Origin: Blastocystis sp. Blastoise
Taxonomy: Eukaryota; Protista; Bigyra: Opalinata
NCBI GenBank assembly: GCA_039096225.1
Contig: JBBPEB010000033.1
Coordinates: forward strand, 1,116,001 to 1,180,000
Direction: 5' to 3'
DNA length: 64,000 nucleotides
In this document: piece after piece, positions 14,586 through 27,079 of the stretch
Position numbering within the stretch: position 1 is the first letter of the stretch
Layout of the letters: each line of letters begins with the position of its first letter
Made by a program: the position numbers and the translations under genes
Notes under the pieces: generated by a model
What the model saw: the letters and a program-made list of their open reading frames with translations, nothing else
The model's database searches: none
Told to the model about the DNA's origin: nothing

Positions 14586-15849
14586 CCTCTATCCCTCTAT
14601 TCATCCCCATCTTTCTCCTCTTCTTTGGAACACTATCCCTCTTTTTATAACGGCATAAACGCTCACAATTATATATTTCATTATTCAAATAATGTATATA
14701 TATATATATGAATAATAATATAATAATGATATATATATATATAGATAGGAATATCATTAGGTATAGAAGAGAGGATATATATATATACTGCGAGTGATGC
14801 TGATTCCATGAAGGCCCGAGGGGTATCTATATGCAATGAACTTATGTATATATATATATATATATATATACATAGTATTTATGATTCTTGAATATTATAT
14901 ATATAGTTATAGTAGTGGTATTAGTGAAGTAGAATGTTCACTTCCTATTATTGATAAGGTATATATATATATTGAATTCTATTAGTATAGTATCATCACA
15001 TTATATATATATATATATATATAGTTATCTGGTATATCAATATCCTCCGTATATATGTCATTAATCACGGACTTCTTATTCCTCCTTCTCCTCTATATTG
15101 CTATTATATATATATACAGCAATATCACTCTTAATGTATATATATATATATATATACTATTAGAATATTATATATATATTATATATAACAACATATATCT
15201 TATATATATATATATTATATATAATATATATATAGTATTTAAGGAGTAAAGAGAGTATAACTGTTCAAGGACTGATTGGGGCCAATGAACATAGAGTTAG
15301 GTATATATATATATATATATTAGTATTAATACTATATATATAGATATCTAATATTCCTCCCGACAATATACGTTTCTATATTCGGAACACTATTCGGAAT
15401 ATTATTTGGAATCATATCTTTTGATTTAATATAAATTATATCTAACAACATACATATAATATATATATATATATATACCTTAATAAAGAACTCTATATCC
15501 TATCTCCTTCTGAGTCTCTTCTCTTCTTCTCTTTCTTTTCCTATTCCTTTCTCTATTGCTACATCCACTTATATATATATACTTATCCTAGGTATTGTAG
15601 CACCAATAACAGTCACTATATATATATATATAAATAGAAAGACACATACCAACGAGTCACCCAATCAAATTGTATATATATTCTACATTATTATATATTA
15701 TATTTTATATATATAAACAGGTTCATTATACAATAAAATCATCGAATTCCTCGTCATTATATACATATCTATTCCCTATTTTATTCACGATAATTCCCGC
15801 GGTTATTTACATTGGTCTTCCGTATGCCCTTATTACTATGAATATGACA

Positions 15850-15923
<74 letters not shown>

Positions 15924-15931
15924 ATAATAAC

Positions 15932-15983
<52 letters not shown>

Positions 15984-16429
15984 GTATTTATAAATCTCTT
16001 ATAGGCATTTTTATATATTTTTCTTCTTCTCCTCCTTGTGATTATCATTGGTCTTCTTCTTCTATTTCTCCCATTTATTCCTTATATATCTATTCTTATT
16101 ACTAAACTACTCTTTCTTCCTCGATATATATATACATATATTAAGAATAATACAATCACTAGAAAACAGGAATACTCAATAATCACGGTTATTTTCATAT
16201 CTACAGTCAGTATTCTTATATTTCTCAATGTTGTAGGTAATATGCAAATGAATATGTTAATATATAATAGTTATTCAGATGTTGGAAGTGATATTATGAT
16301 TGAAAAAGCATCTCGATCCCCCTCAGGCATGTGGACGGCACGTGATGTCGAGCAAATAGAAAGTGAGTTTAAAGAGTCATCCTTTGGGTATATATATTAT
16401 ATTATTATTATTATTATATTGAGATATTC

Positions 16430-16528
<99 letters not shown>

Positions 16529-18034
16529 GAAACAAGATTAATTCGATTGGTTGGAGATCCTCTTCGACCCCCATTTATATGTACAATCCCTCACTCATGA
16601 TCAAACAAAATGGATACATGTATACACATTCACTAAATTATTTAAATACATTATTCTCTGAATTTGTAAAAGAAGGCTCTTATTTCCCCGCGGTTATTCC
16701 ACAAAATGTATTATCTACTTTAGAAACTCAATCAACATCATATTTGGCAGGTATATTTCCTTCTTCAATTGTTCATTTCCTCCATACTCCTCCTTCTCCT
16801 ACTCCCTATATCTACTCCTCGTCCTCTTCTAAGGGATATCAATATATATATCCTTATGCAACTTTTGATAGACTGTATATTTATATATATTTTTATTAGT
16901 CTATTCTATATTTATATTATATTATATTATATATATAATATAATAAAATAAAATATACAATTACATGACTTACTAATCCCCTTAATTTTATTCTATATAT
17001 ATATATAGTCCACTATATCATTTCTTCTCTTTGCCTCCGGGAACGAGTGGCGAACAAATCGACGTACTGATCTCACAACATGATTATTCATCACTTTTAA
17101 ATGTATATATATATATTTATATATAGTATTATCAATTTATAAAGAATACTTTTTAATAGTTTATTCTTATATATCATAAACAATAATAATAATAATAGTA
17201 TTATACTTAAATATCTATATATTCATTATTTATAGATAACAATATCGGCTATTCCTGTTGCAGGAATACACATCTCTACAAAAAACGTTAATAATTGCGG
17301 GGAAATGCGAATAATAGCGGATCAAATGAGATATATATTATCCAATTGTTCTATATATGTAGCTTGTGATAAGAAGGAAGTATATATAAATGTATTATTA
17401 TATACAATAGCATTTAATTATATAGATTTATATATAGTAATATACAACAACATATAATTATATATATTTATATATAGTAATATATAACAACATAATAATA
17501 ATTCTAAATATATAATATATATATATAGGAGATATCAACTTATACTAACCTTTTAAATTTAGGATTTATATTAATATCTATATTAACTATATTAATATGT
17601 ATCTCTTCATTATATACAACAATATATATGAGTTTATATAATAATAAACGTGAACTATATATACTAAGAGCACTTGGAGTTCAATCATCTATAATATATA
17701 TCATGTATTTATATAGAATGTTTCATACAATCCAATATTATCAATTATTATTAATACTTTCATATACTTATATATATATAGTTATTGTCTTCAATATATA
17801 TGTATTCTACTCGCTTCTTGTACTGTAGGATTGCTTATCGGATTATTACTTGCTTATACTATAGGATTACAGGAAGAGATATTCATGAATATTCCCTCTA
17901 TTTTTAGTGTTTCTTCTATTTTAATTGGTTTGATTTATGTCGTCGTCATCCTTGGAACATGTCTATGTGTATATATATCTGTTCGATCCATTATGAATAA
18001 ACCTATTGTTCAAGGACTCAAATTAAGTGAATGA
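13060..18034 (+). CDS. FtsX/MacB-like ABC permease-domain membrane protein, about 24 exons
   Basis: Frame traced through about 23 introns (one AT-AC); motifs FLKKAEREIGL-TDIWL and SLYNNKRELYILRALGV; two TM clusters. Confidence 0.75.
15414..15491 (+). other. U12-type AT-AC intron (78 nt) in the FtsX-like gene
   Basis: Donor ATATCTTTT, branch-like CCTTAAT at 15478-15484, terminal AAC; no GT lies between codon TCT at 15375 and the in-frame TAA; removal restores the frame (GILFGI-SISYLL). Confidence 0.78.
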
Positions 18035-18177
18035 GTTTTCAATTTTCTTCATTTTTTATACTTTTTTATCTAAATTAAGATAGTTGTTGTTTCATATACT
18101 ATAAGTTGGCTTTTCATTTCATTAATAAAAGATTATAGAAGTCATAAAAAAAAGAATTAGTTCTTGAAATAAAAATT

Positions 18178-18248
18178 TGCACCAGCCGGGAATCGAACCC
18201 GGGTCTGTTCCGTGGCAGGGAACTATCTTACCACTGGACCACTGGTGC
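18178..18248 (-). tRNA. trnG-GCC: tRNA-Gly(GCC)
   Basis: GCACCAGTGGTCCAGTGGTAAGATAGTTCCCTGCCACGGAACAGACCCGGGTTCGATTCCCGGCTGGTGCA folds as a cloverleaf; anticodon GCC; T-run downstream. Confidence 0.97.
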
Positions 18249-18455
18249 ATAAAATTTTGGCTATATCTAACTCTTTTAAAATTCGCATTTAGTATATCTA
18301 ATACTAAAAAAGGGATTGTTATTTGGGTTGTACTCATTTTTATGTTTTTATTCTAAGGGATATCACAAGTTGATTTCTACTAGAGTTATTGTATAAGAAG
18401 AGTATACTTATTTTGTGTTTGTAGCTAATTCGTATTGTATCTATTGTCAATCAAC

Positions 18456-19975
18456 ATGGATATATTATCTAATCCTCTTTCATTCATGTTTCGGTGGATA
18501 TTTTTGGCGGTACTTCTTATAATAACCATGATGATACGTTCTTTAAAGCCATACAGTAATAATTTCTTTGAAGGCGATCTCAATTTGTCCTATATTCCAG
18601 GAAATAGCATATCACTGATGTCTATCGTTATAATATGTTACGTCCTACCCTATGTAGTCCTTTGTGCATTATTTGATTCCTTTTACTCTAAAAGAAAGAC
18701 TCATTCAATGAGATTAATCACATTATATGTTTTTGTATCCTCCTTTGTATTATCATATTTCTTATCTATATTACTCTCTACTTTATTTGGTTCCTTAAAA
18801 CCTAGTTTCTTTCATCTCTGCAGATATGATTTCACTATATTAGAAAATGTGATTTCCTTTGGGAACTATGGCGCAATTGGATCTATAACAAAGTGCAGTG
18901 CACCTGTATGTATACTATAGAAGATTATATATATATATGTATTTTTATTTTATTTTATTTTATTATTTTATTATTTTATTTATTTTATTGTTTTTTATTA
19001 TTTATTTATTTTATATCAATTTTTTTTTTATTATTTATTTTATTTTATTATTTTATACTTATTTTTATACTTATTTTTATACTTACTTTTATTCTATGTA
19101 TATATATACGTATGTATGGTCCTTAATATAATGTGTGTACTCTATATATAGATAGAAGATATATATGATGCAATGCGTTCTTTTCCTAGTATTTCTGTGT
19201 CTATAGCTATTGCTGGATGTTCAGTCACTTTATATATACTTATATACTATGTTAAACAACAATCAAAAGCATATTATCAAACTGTATACTTATTGTATTA
19301 TTATTACTCTCTTTTTTTATTTTTTTTTTTTTTTTTTTTTTTTATTTTTTTTTTTTTTTTTTATTTTTTTTATTTTTTTATTTTTTTATTTTTTTATTTT
19401 TTTATTTTTTTATTTTTTCTATAAATAATTAACATATTGTTTTAAAAGTTATTATAATAATATTATTATAATTCTATTTATATATCATCTTATTCTCATA
19501 TATTTTTAAACTATTTTAAGTCTAGTCAATATATATTTGTTAATATATAAATCAATTCTATTTATAGTTGCTAAGAGAGAGTTTTCGTTATGTTTTAGCT
19601 ATAATTGCTATAGTCATTTGTGTTATCATTTATGTATATATATATGTTTTCATTTTTTTATATAAACTATTTATGTATATATTTTATTTTATTTTTTCAT
19701 TTTTATTCTTATTTATTATCATATATAAATTATCTTTTTTTTTTTTAATTATAAATCTAAAATTACTATATAAAAATATATATCTGTAGAGATCAAATCA
19801 AGCTAGCCTTACTGATATTCTTGGAGGTATATTATTAGGAACTTCTGCTTGTTATATATGCTGTAAATCAGGATTTAAAAATGTACAAGCTTCAGATAGT
19901 AATTATATTATAGGAAATACTGATTTACTTAATGAAAAATCGATTTATTTACAATCATATAAAAGTAGTTTTTAA
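18456..19975 (+). CDS. PAP2/lipid phosphate phosphatase-like membrane protein, catalytic motifs degenerate, 4 exons
   Basis: FGSLKPSFFHLC, AMRSFPSIS and RSNQASLTDILGG occupy the C1/C2/C3 positions; multiple TM helices. Confidence 0.75.
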
Positions 19976-20464
19976 GTATTCCTATTATCTCTTTCAATTC
20001 ATCTTGTTGATTATTTTGGTAAATTTCATGTTTTTCTCTACTCTTTCATTTTATTATTCATCGTTTAAAAAACGAATAATGTATTTTTTTAAGTTAATCC
20101 TATTATTTAATATATATTTTTTGTTTTGTTTTTCAAACCTTATTTACTTTTGATATGATGATGAAATCAAATTTATTTCATTCATCACGTTGTGCTTATC
20201 AATGTCTTCATAAAAATACAGTCTATCGAATAGGTTCCTGTGTTGATTATGGAAAGATATACTATTCATCAACTGTAAACCTATAAAAATGAGCTTATAT
20301 ACTTTTATAGAAACTTGTAAACGCAAAATCGGCCAACAAATCGTTGTTTCCTGGAAATGATGAAACTAATTCGGAGAATGTATTCATTATTTTTATTGTT
20401 TTATATGTTCAACATAATGTTCAATAGTTTTCACAAATAAAAAAACCAAAATTAAGGCGTTTAA

Positions 20465-21418
20465 ATGGTAATCCAACTTCTGTTCCATTAAACAAATCGT
20501 TTGTGAGTCGTAGTCCTCAGAGTATAAATATATTTCAATTAGACAATGATTTAAAATCAAAATCGTCAGAAGATAATATACAAAATACTCCATTCAAAGA
20601 AGAAATATCAAATTCAACTAGCAATGAGTCACAAATAGTAATAAAAAATCCAAATGATATTCATGATAATGAGAAGACTATTAATAAAGATATACAGAAA
20701 CCACGATTAAAGCAAATATCTTCAATTTCATCAATTCTTCCTACATTAAAAAGTTCTTCAAAGAATACTGAAATAAAAAGTGAAGTTGGTCTTAATAGTG
20801 ATTTTAATGAGATTAACGATGAATTTTCGGAAAAATCAAAAAGAAAAGAATATTTACAAGTGAATTCAATTAAGAATGAAAAAGAGAATTTAGACACAAA
20901 TGGTTTTTCTTCTTCTTCTCATGAATATAAGATTGTAGATCCTCCAAAAAATGATTTATTCGATTCGAATTCTATATTATCAACGAATTCTACATATATA
21001 CCTAATGATTCTAAGAATATATATATATGTAAATTAGATATAACCCCGTGGAAAAATGCATATTTTGCTGAAGAAATAAAAAGTAATTATATAAAAACAA
21101 TTGAACATGAAGATTCACGATATAAATCTAAAAATTTATGTATATATATATTATTTTGTTTAGTATTATAACATATTTTATTTAAAATAAGTATTATTCT
21201 TATATATATTTAGAATAATTATATATATATATAGATTTAAGTACAAATCCTCTCCCTGTTCTCACTCCTCTATATTCATATCATTTTATGTACTCTCCTG
21301 TTAAGAAAGAGGGTATATTATATATATATTTAATTATTGAATATTTATACATATATTAATTATTTTAGTTATTTTAATTATATATATATATATATAGATT
21401 GGAAACCAGAGTTAATGG

Positions 21419-21454
<36 letters not shown>

Positions 21455-21969
21455 GTATCATCTCTTATATATGACTTCATTATTATCTCCTTCTTCTTCT
21501 CTTTCTTATGATTATATATATACTTCTCTTCAACGATTTAATCATCATATATATCCTTTTATTCTATTTATTCCCCACTCTATAAATATCATATATTTAT
21601 ATTATATTATATTATATTATATTATATTATATTATATTATTTTATATTATTTTATATTTTTTTTCTTATATATCTTAACTGAGCACATCTCAAACTGAAT
21701 TAAAGAACATGATAAGCACGTGCTCTGAAGAGGGTTATTTATATTCTGTAAAAATATCCTTTTAATATATATAATGTTATATTATAATATACATCTTTCT
21801 TCATACTATTATTCAGAATACATATATATATTATCCTTTATATGTTGGTACGATAAGGATACATTTCTATATCAACTCAACAAACAACCAACTTATATTC
21901 CTCTTTCGGAATATCGTAATGCACTTCGTATTTATATATCTTCATTAATCTCTCCAACATTCTCTCCTC

Positions 21970-22047
<78 letters not shown>

Positions 22048-22053
22048 TCTCAG

Positions 22054-22084
<31 letters not shown>

Positions 22085-22611
22085 TACATATAATAATACT
22101 AATAATAATACATTTTCTTCTTCTTTATCTGTGTTCCCTCTATTTCAATTACGATGTATCCTTGAGGGTCTTCAGAAGAATACTATTCCATTATATTATC
22201 TTCAAGATACAAGTAAACCTTATACTAATGATTTTTTTTCACTAGTAACATTTTTCCAAAAAATAGGTGTTTTACAGATAAAAAAGTCAGTAAATATTTC
22301 TCAGTGTCACACAATTGAAGATTTATTTAATTCGTTGATAATACTGACTCAGAAAAATATTATTGAGACTGAAAAAGATGTCGTCAAAAATATATATTCT
22401 TCTTGTATTTTGTATTACTATTTATCACTATATATATCTATATTTATAGTACGAAAGAGTTGTATTCCATTGTTCAACCATATAAAGCCTAAAGATATGG
22501 AATGGGTATGTTTAGGTCCCAATGCTACAGTAAGTTTGTCTTATTAGATTTATAATAATATATATTTTATAGATTATAGATCATGAGATCTATGAAAAAA
22601 TAGTAAACTAG
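20465..22611 (+). CDS. Uncharacterised protein (disordered N-terminus, helical C-terminal domain with poly-Asn insert); contains two AT-AC introns
   Basis: ORFs 20503-21171, 21471- and 21774-22547 join in frame via GT-AG introns and two AT-AC introns; start is inferred as an ATG-only first coding exon. Confidence 0.65.
21551..21686 (+). other. U12-type AT-AC intron (136 nt)
   Basis: Donor ATATCCTTTT, branch point TCTTAAC at 21673-21679, terminal CAC; phase 2 join is in frame. Confidence 0.9.
21754..21851 (+). other. U12-type AT-AC intron (98 nt)
   Basis: Donor ATATCCTTTT, branch-like TCCTTTAT at 21834-21841, terminal TAC; phase 0 join restores the frame into DKDTFLYQ. Confidence 0.85.
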
Positions 22612-22949
22612 TATTGTCTAAGAAAAACAATCAAATCTACTGATGACATTATCTTAAAATCTTTGTTTAGTAATGACTTCATATGTAGCCTCATGAAAGT
22701 TAGCAATGAATTTTTATAATTCTATACGTATTCACAATAATGATCATTAACAATCGATATAATGATGATGTACATATGTTTTTGTTCCTAAATCGAATAT
22801 ATCTCATTCGTTTTTAACGAATCAGAAAATGGATTTTCCCATGTGAATTTCAGGATTTTAGAGAGAAATCGAATATTTCCCCAAATGGTAATTCTTTTTT
22901 TTTTGAAAATTTTGCTTTACATATATAATCTTAAACATTGATTAAACTA

Positions 22950-24422
22950 ATGGAAGACCAAGAAAGACGTATAGACCAACAGGAGATTCGATTAACGGCA
23001 GATGATGCTGCCAGTTGCAAATATTATGCAGCAAAGCTAGGATATTTCAAAGACAACTATATAAAATATTTTATTCGTCAGGAATTAAAACGTCCTCCAC
23101 TTATTAATAGAGGATATTATTGTCGATGTGCTAGTTATGAATTTGTAATAAATAATTTTCTCTCAAAATATCAGAATGATTGTTCCATTATTAATTTAGG
23201 AGCAGGATTTGATACCTTGTATTTCCGCCTTAAGGAAAATAATAGCATGCCTTCCCAATTATTAGAATTAGATATGAAAGAAAACATTCAAAAGAAACTT
23301 CGTATAATTAATAAATATGCTGCTTTGAAGGATATGATTCCAAATTATAAAATAAATGATGATTTCAGTATTCAGACCGATCATTATTCTTTATTCCCTT
23401 GTGATTTAACGAATATTCATGAATTCGAAGAATGTTTGAAGAAGTCTACTATAGATTCACAGTATATATATAGGTTTATGATTATGTTTTATACTTGAAT
23501 TGATTGTATTATTATTTATATGATTTATATTAATATATATATTATTATTTATATAATTTATATTAATATATATATATATATATTATTTATATAAATAAAT
23601 ATATATTATTCTTTATATTAAATATATATACATATTAATATAAATTACTATATATTTACATATATATATTCTATTATAGAAAACCAGTATTGATTCTTTC
23701 TGAATGTGTTCTTATATATATCGATCCTGACTATTCAGATCCTCTAATTCAGTTTATTTCAGATCAATTCAGTCAAGCATGTTTTCTTACTTATGAACAA
23801 ATCATGCCTTCAGATGCTTTTGGAAGAACGATGGTAAAAAATTTAAATGTATATATTTATATTATTTTATATTATATTCTATTATTATAATATTATATTA
23901 CTTATATATTATTATTATATTATTTATATATTTTTTATAGCATAAATAATTATATATATTGAATAATAATTATATATATTGAATAATAATAATATATATT
24001 GAATAATAATAATATATATTGAATAATAATAATATATATAGGAACGTGGTTGTCCTTTATTAAGTTTAGAGAAATATCCGACATTAGAAGATCAAAAGAA
24101 AAGATATATTTCAAGAGGATTTACATATTGTGATAGTGAAACTATGCATAATGTATATTATAATTTACTTCCTATGAAAGATGTTCAAAGGTATATATAT
24201 TTATAATCACTTTTTAAATCATAGATATTCTTTTTTTGAGACATTTTTTTTATTTTATTATTTAGAGCTACTAGTTTAGAGTTTTTTGACGAATATGAAG
24301 AGTGGTTGTTGATTCAAACGCATTATTGTCTCACCTATGCATCAAAAATAGATAATATACAAGATATTTTCCCGATGAGACACAATGCTCTTCCGAAATT
24401 ATCTTCTATCTGGATTGATTAA
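22950..24422 (+). CDS. LCMT1: Leucine carboxyl methyltransferase 1 (PP2A methyltransferase), 4 exons
   Basis: RPPLINRGYYCR, INLGAGFDTLYFRL, SECVLIY, DAFGRTMVKNL, FDEYEEW...HYC. Confidence 0.95.
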
Positions 24423-25209
24423 TGCTTTTCGTGTGTATAGAATATATGAAAGTACATTAGTGTTGTACTTGTCTTGATTTATCAGTACTTTTTTTTAATG
24501 AAGATTTTTTATTTCTAAAGTGATGTTCTTATATGATTTATATATTTTGTGCTCTTGTAATTGCTCTGTTATTATTCTTATAAGGCATAAATCGTATACT
24601 TTAAAAAATTGTTTTGTTATATCAAACTAGTTGGCAACAAATAACAATTATATATATATCTATAGTATATGATTAGTATGAATAAAGTATAAAAACATAA
24701 AAATAAAGATATGTACAAATAAAACAAAGAAAATTTGAAAAAAAAATAAAAATATGTTTAGATTTCTCAACTCAACTTCCATTTCTTTTGATTATTTTGT
24801 AATTATGTTTTCAAAATTAACAAATAAATTATTTTTATGTGTATAATGATCTCTAGATGAATAAACAATTGTTTCTTTTAGATTTCATGAACGCATTGTG
24901 TGGTTCATTATTAATTGTATATTTTATTTCAATCAGTTAAATATACATAATGGTAATATTAACTATTGCTATAATAAAAATTAAATAAAACTTTAAAAGG
25001 GTACAATCCAATTGATTATCTTTATTTTTCATAGTCTATTTCATTATATACTTGTAAGTAATGCATATAAAATAAAAATCTGTGTTATTAACTACATTTA
25101 AAAAATCAATAAACAACTCTATTTTAAAAATTACAACAGAATTACACATAAAATTGAGGAAAATCAAATAAAGAAAGAATTAAATAATGGTACACATTGT
25201 TTATATTAT

Positions 25210-26179
25210 TTACCATGTAGGTCTTCTATCAGAAGCAATATATTCCTTGATTGGTTTAATTTCAGCGAAATCAATCTAAATAAACTATAAAAATTACTTG
25301 AATAAATATATACCATGAATTGTTCAAGATTATCATATTTAGTAGCATCAGGATAGTGCATCTTCATGATACAAAAGACCGTATAAGCAACACAATCGAC
25401 GATGGTAGGTTCGTCACCTAAGAAGAATTTACCCTAAAAATACATATATATAGAATACGATATAATTTGAAAATGGGTAGGAATTCGACAATGTGTCATT
25501 ATAGAATATAATAATATAAATAACACATACAGGATATTTTTCAAATAGTTTGCTGAAAGCAGGCATAAAAACGTTGTATTTGGTTTCTATATATATATAA
25601 AATTATTTTATAACATATACCAATAAACTTTTGTCTATTTTCAGGAGTATTATCACCGAATTTCACGTCATAGAAAGCATTTTGCATATCGACAAAGGAA
25701 TCAATAAGCATATCACCAAAAGCGATATCTTGAAGAGTCTTTCCTTGTATGTTGTGTCTATGTTATATATATATTCATATATATATGTATATATTTATTA
25801 TATTTTAAAAATATATATATATCAGAATAAAAATGAAATAGATGTTTATAAAAAAATACTTTCTGCCAATATAACGGAGAATAGCTAAGGATTGAACTAA
25901 GTCCATACCATCAATATGAAGAAGTGGACACTGACCAAAAGGCATAGAACCATCGGCAATACTAGCAGCTTTAACAGCAGGCCATTCATCAAAATCGTGT
26001 CTAATGTATCATAAACTAGCAAATAAAACAATAAGCATACCTCTTCTCAACATATTTTTCTCCAGTCAATTCAAGAGCGAAACTATGAAGGATAGAAAAC
26101 ATAAATCAATAGAATTAACATACCAAACACATTCAACTCGACCTCTAGCTTTGAAATACTTAAGAACAGTCTCACTCAT
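25210..26179 (-). CDS. Glutathione S-transferase (sigma/pi-like), copy 1, 7 exons
   Basis: YFKARGRVE, MPFGQCPLLHIDGMDLVQSLAILRYIG, FFLGDEPTIVD; six GT-AG introns; missed by the ORF track. Confidence 0.92.
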
Positions 26180-27079
26180 AATGATACTATAAAATAAACA
26201 CTTGAATTATAAAAATAAAAATGATATCGTTCATGAAAGTAAAAAATAGTATGTTTCTAAGAAGATTTATGAATAGAATATCATGTTTCAAAAAAATTTC
26301 TAGATTTTTCTTAGTTTATCTATTGGATATATGTTTTATTATGTTGATTGTATCCTCTTTGAAATATTTTTAATTATTATTTTCATCGTCTTCTTGGAAA
26401 ACAAGTATTATATTATGTGAATATAAGTTATATATAAAAGTAATCCAAAATTTATGACTGACTTTTTATTTAGGATACTTTTAAAAAAATTATTTTTGCT
26501 AAATTTTTCTAATGTTACTTGAGTTACTAAAGAAAAAATTATTGTAGAAATAATGAATTAGCTGAAATACGTATGAATAAATGATAATTAAATACATAAT
26601 CATCATTTTAAATAATTTCATTTGAAAAAAGTATTTATTTCTTTGGTTAATCTATAATGTTTACGATTAGATAAGTAGAAAAGGATATTTGCAATTATTT
26701 CTTCTCGATTTCTTGTGACATTATAAATAATAGTTGTCTAAAAAATAGGATTCCTGTTTATAAAGAATTATTTTTATATTGTTCCTCAACTCATAATATG
26801 TTTCATTTAAGAATTTAGTTGTTATCAATTATAACTTGTGACATTTTGGCAATATGTTTTTTAGCTTAGATTCATAAGCATATATATTTTGTTTTCAAGA
26901 TGTTTGGATAATGAAAGAATTGATAGTGTAAAACTAACTTGTTAAATACTTTATGAAAAATGTGAGAGTCAAAGAAAAACAAAATAAAATTAACGAAACA
27001 AATAGATCTTAGCAACGCAAATGCAACTACATTGTAGAGCAATAATGAATACAAATAAAAATATATAATTCTTAATTAT

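Noticed and set aside
16848-17008. ATATCCTTAT as a possible further U12 donor (AT-AG), with CCCTTAAT downstream
   Set aside because: A canonical GT at about 16875 gives an in-frame join retaining plausible coding sequence (YPYATFDRLP), and the branch-like motif is rather far from the 3' end
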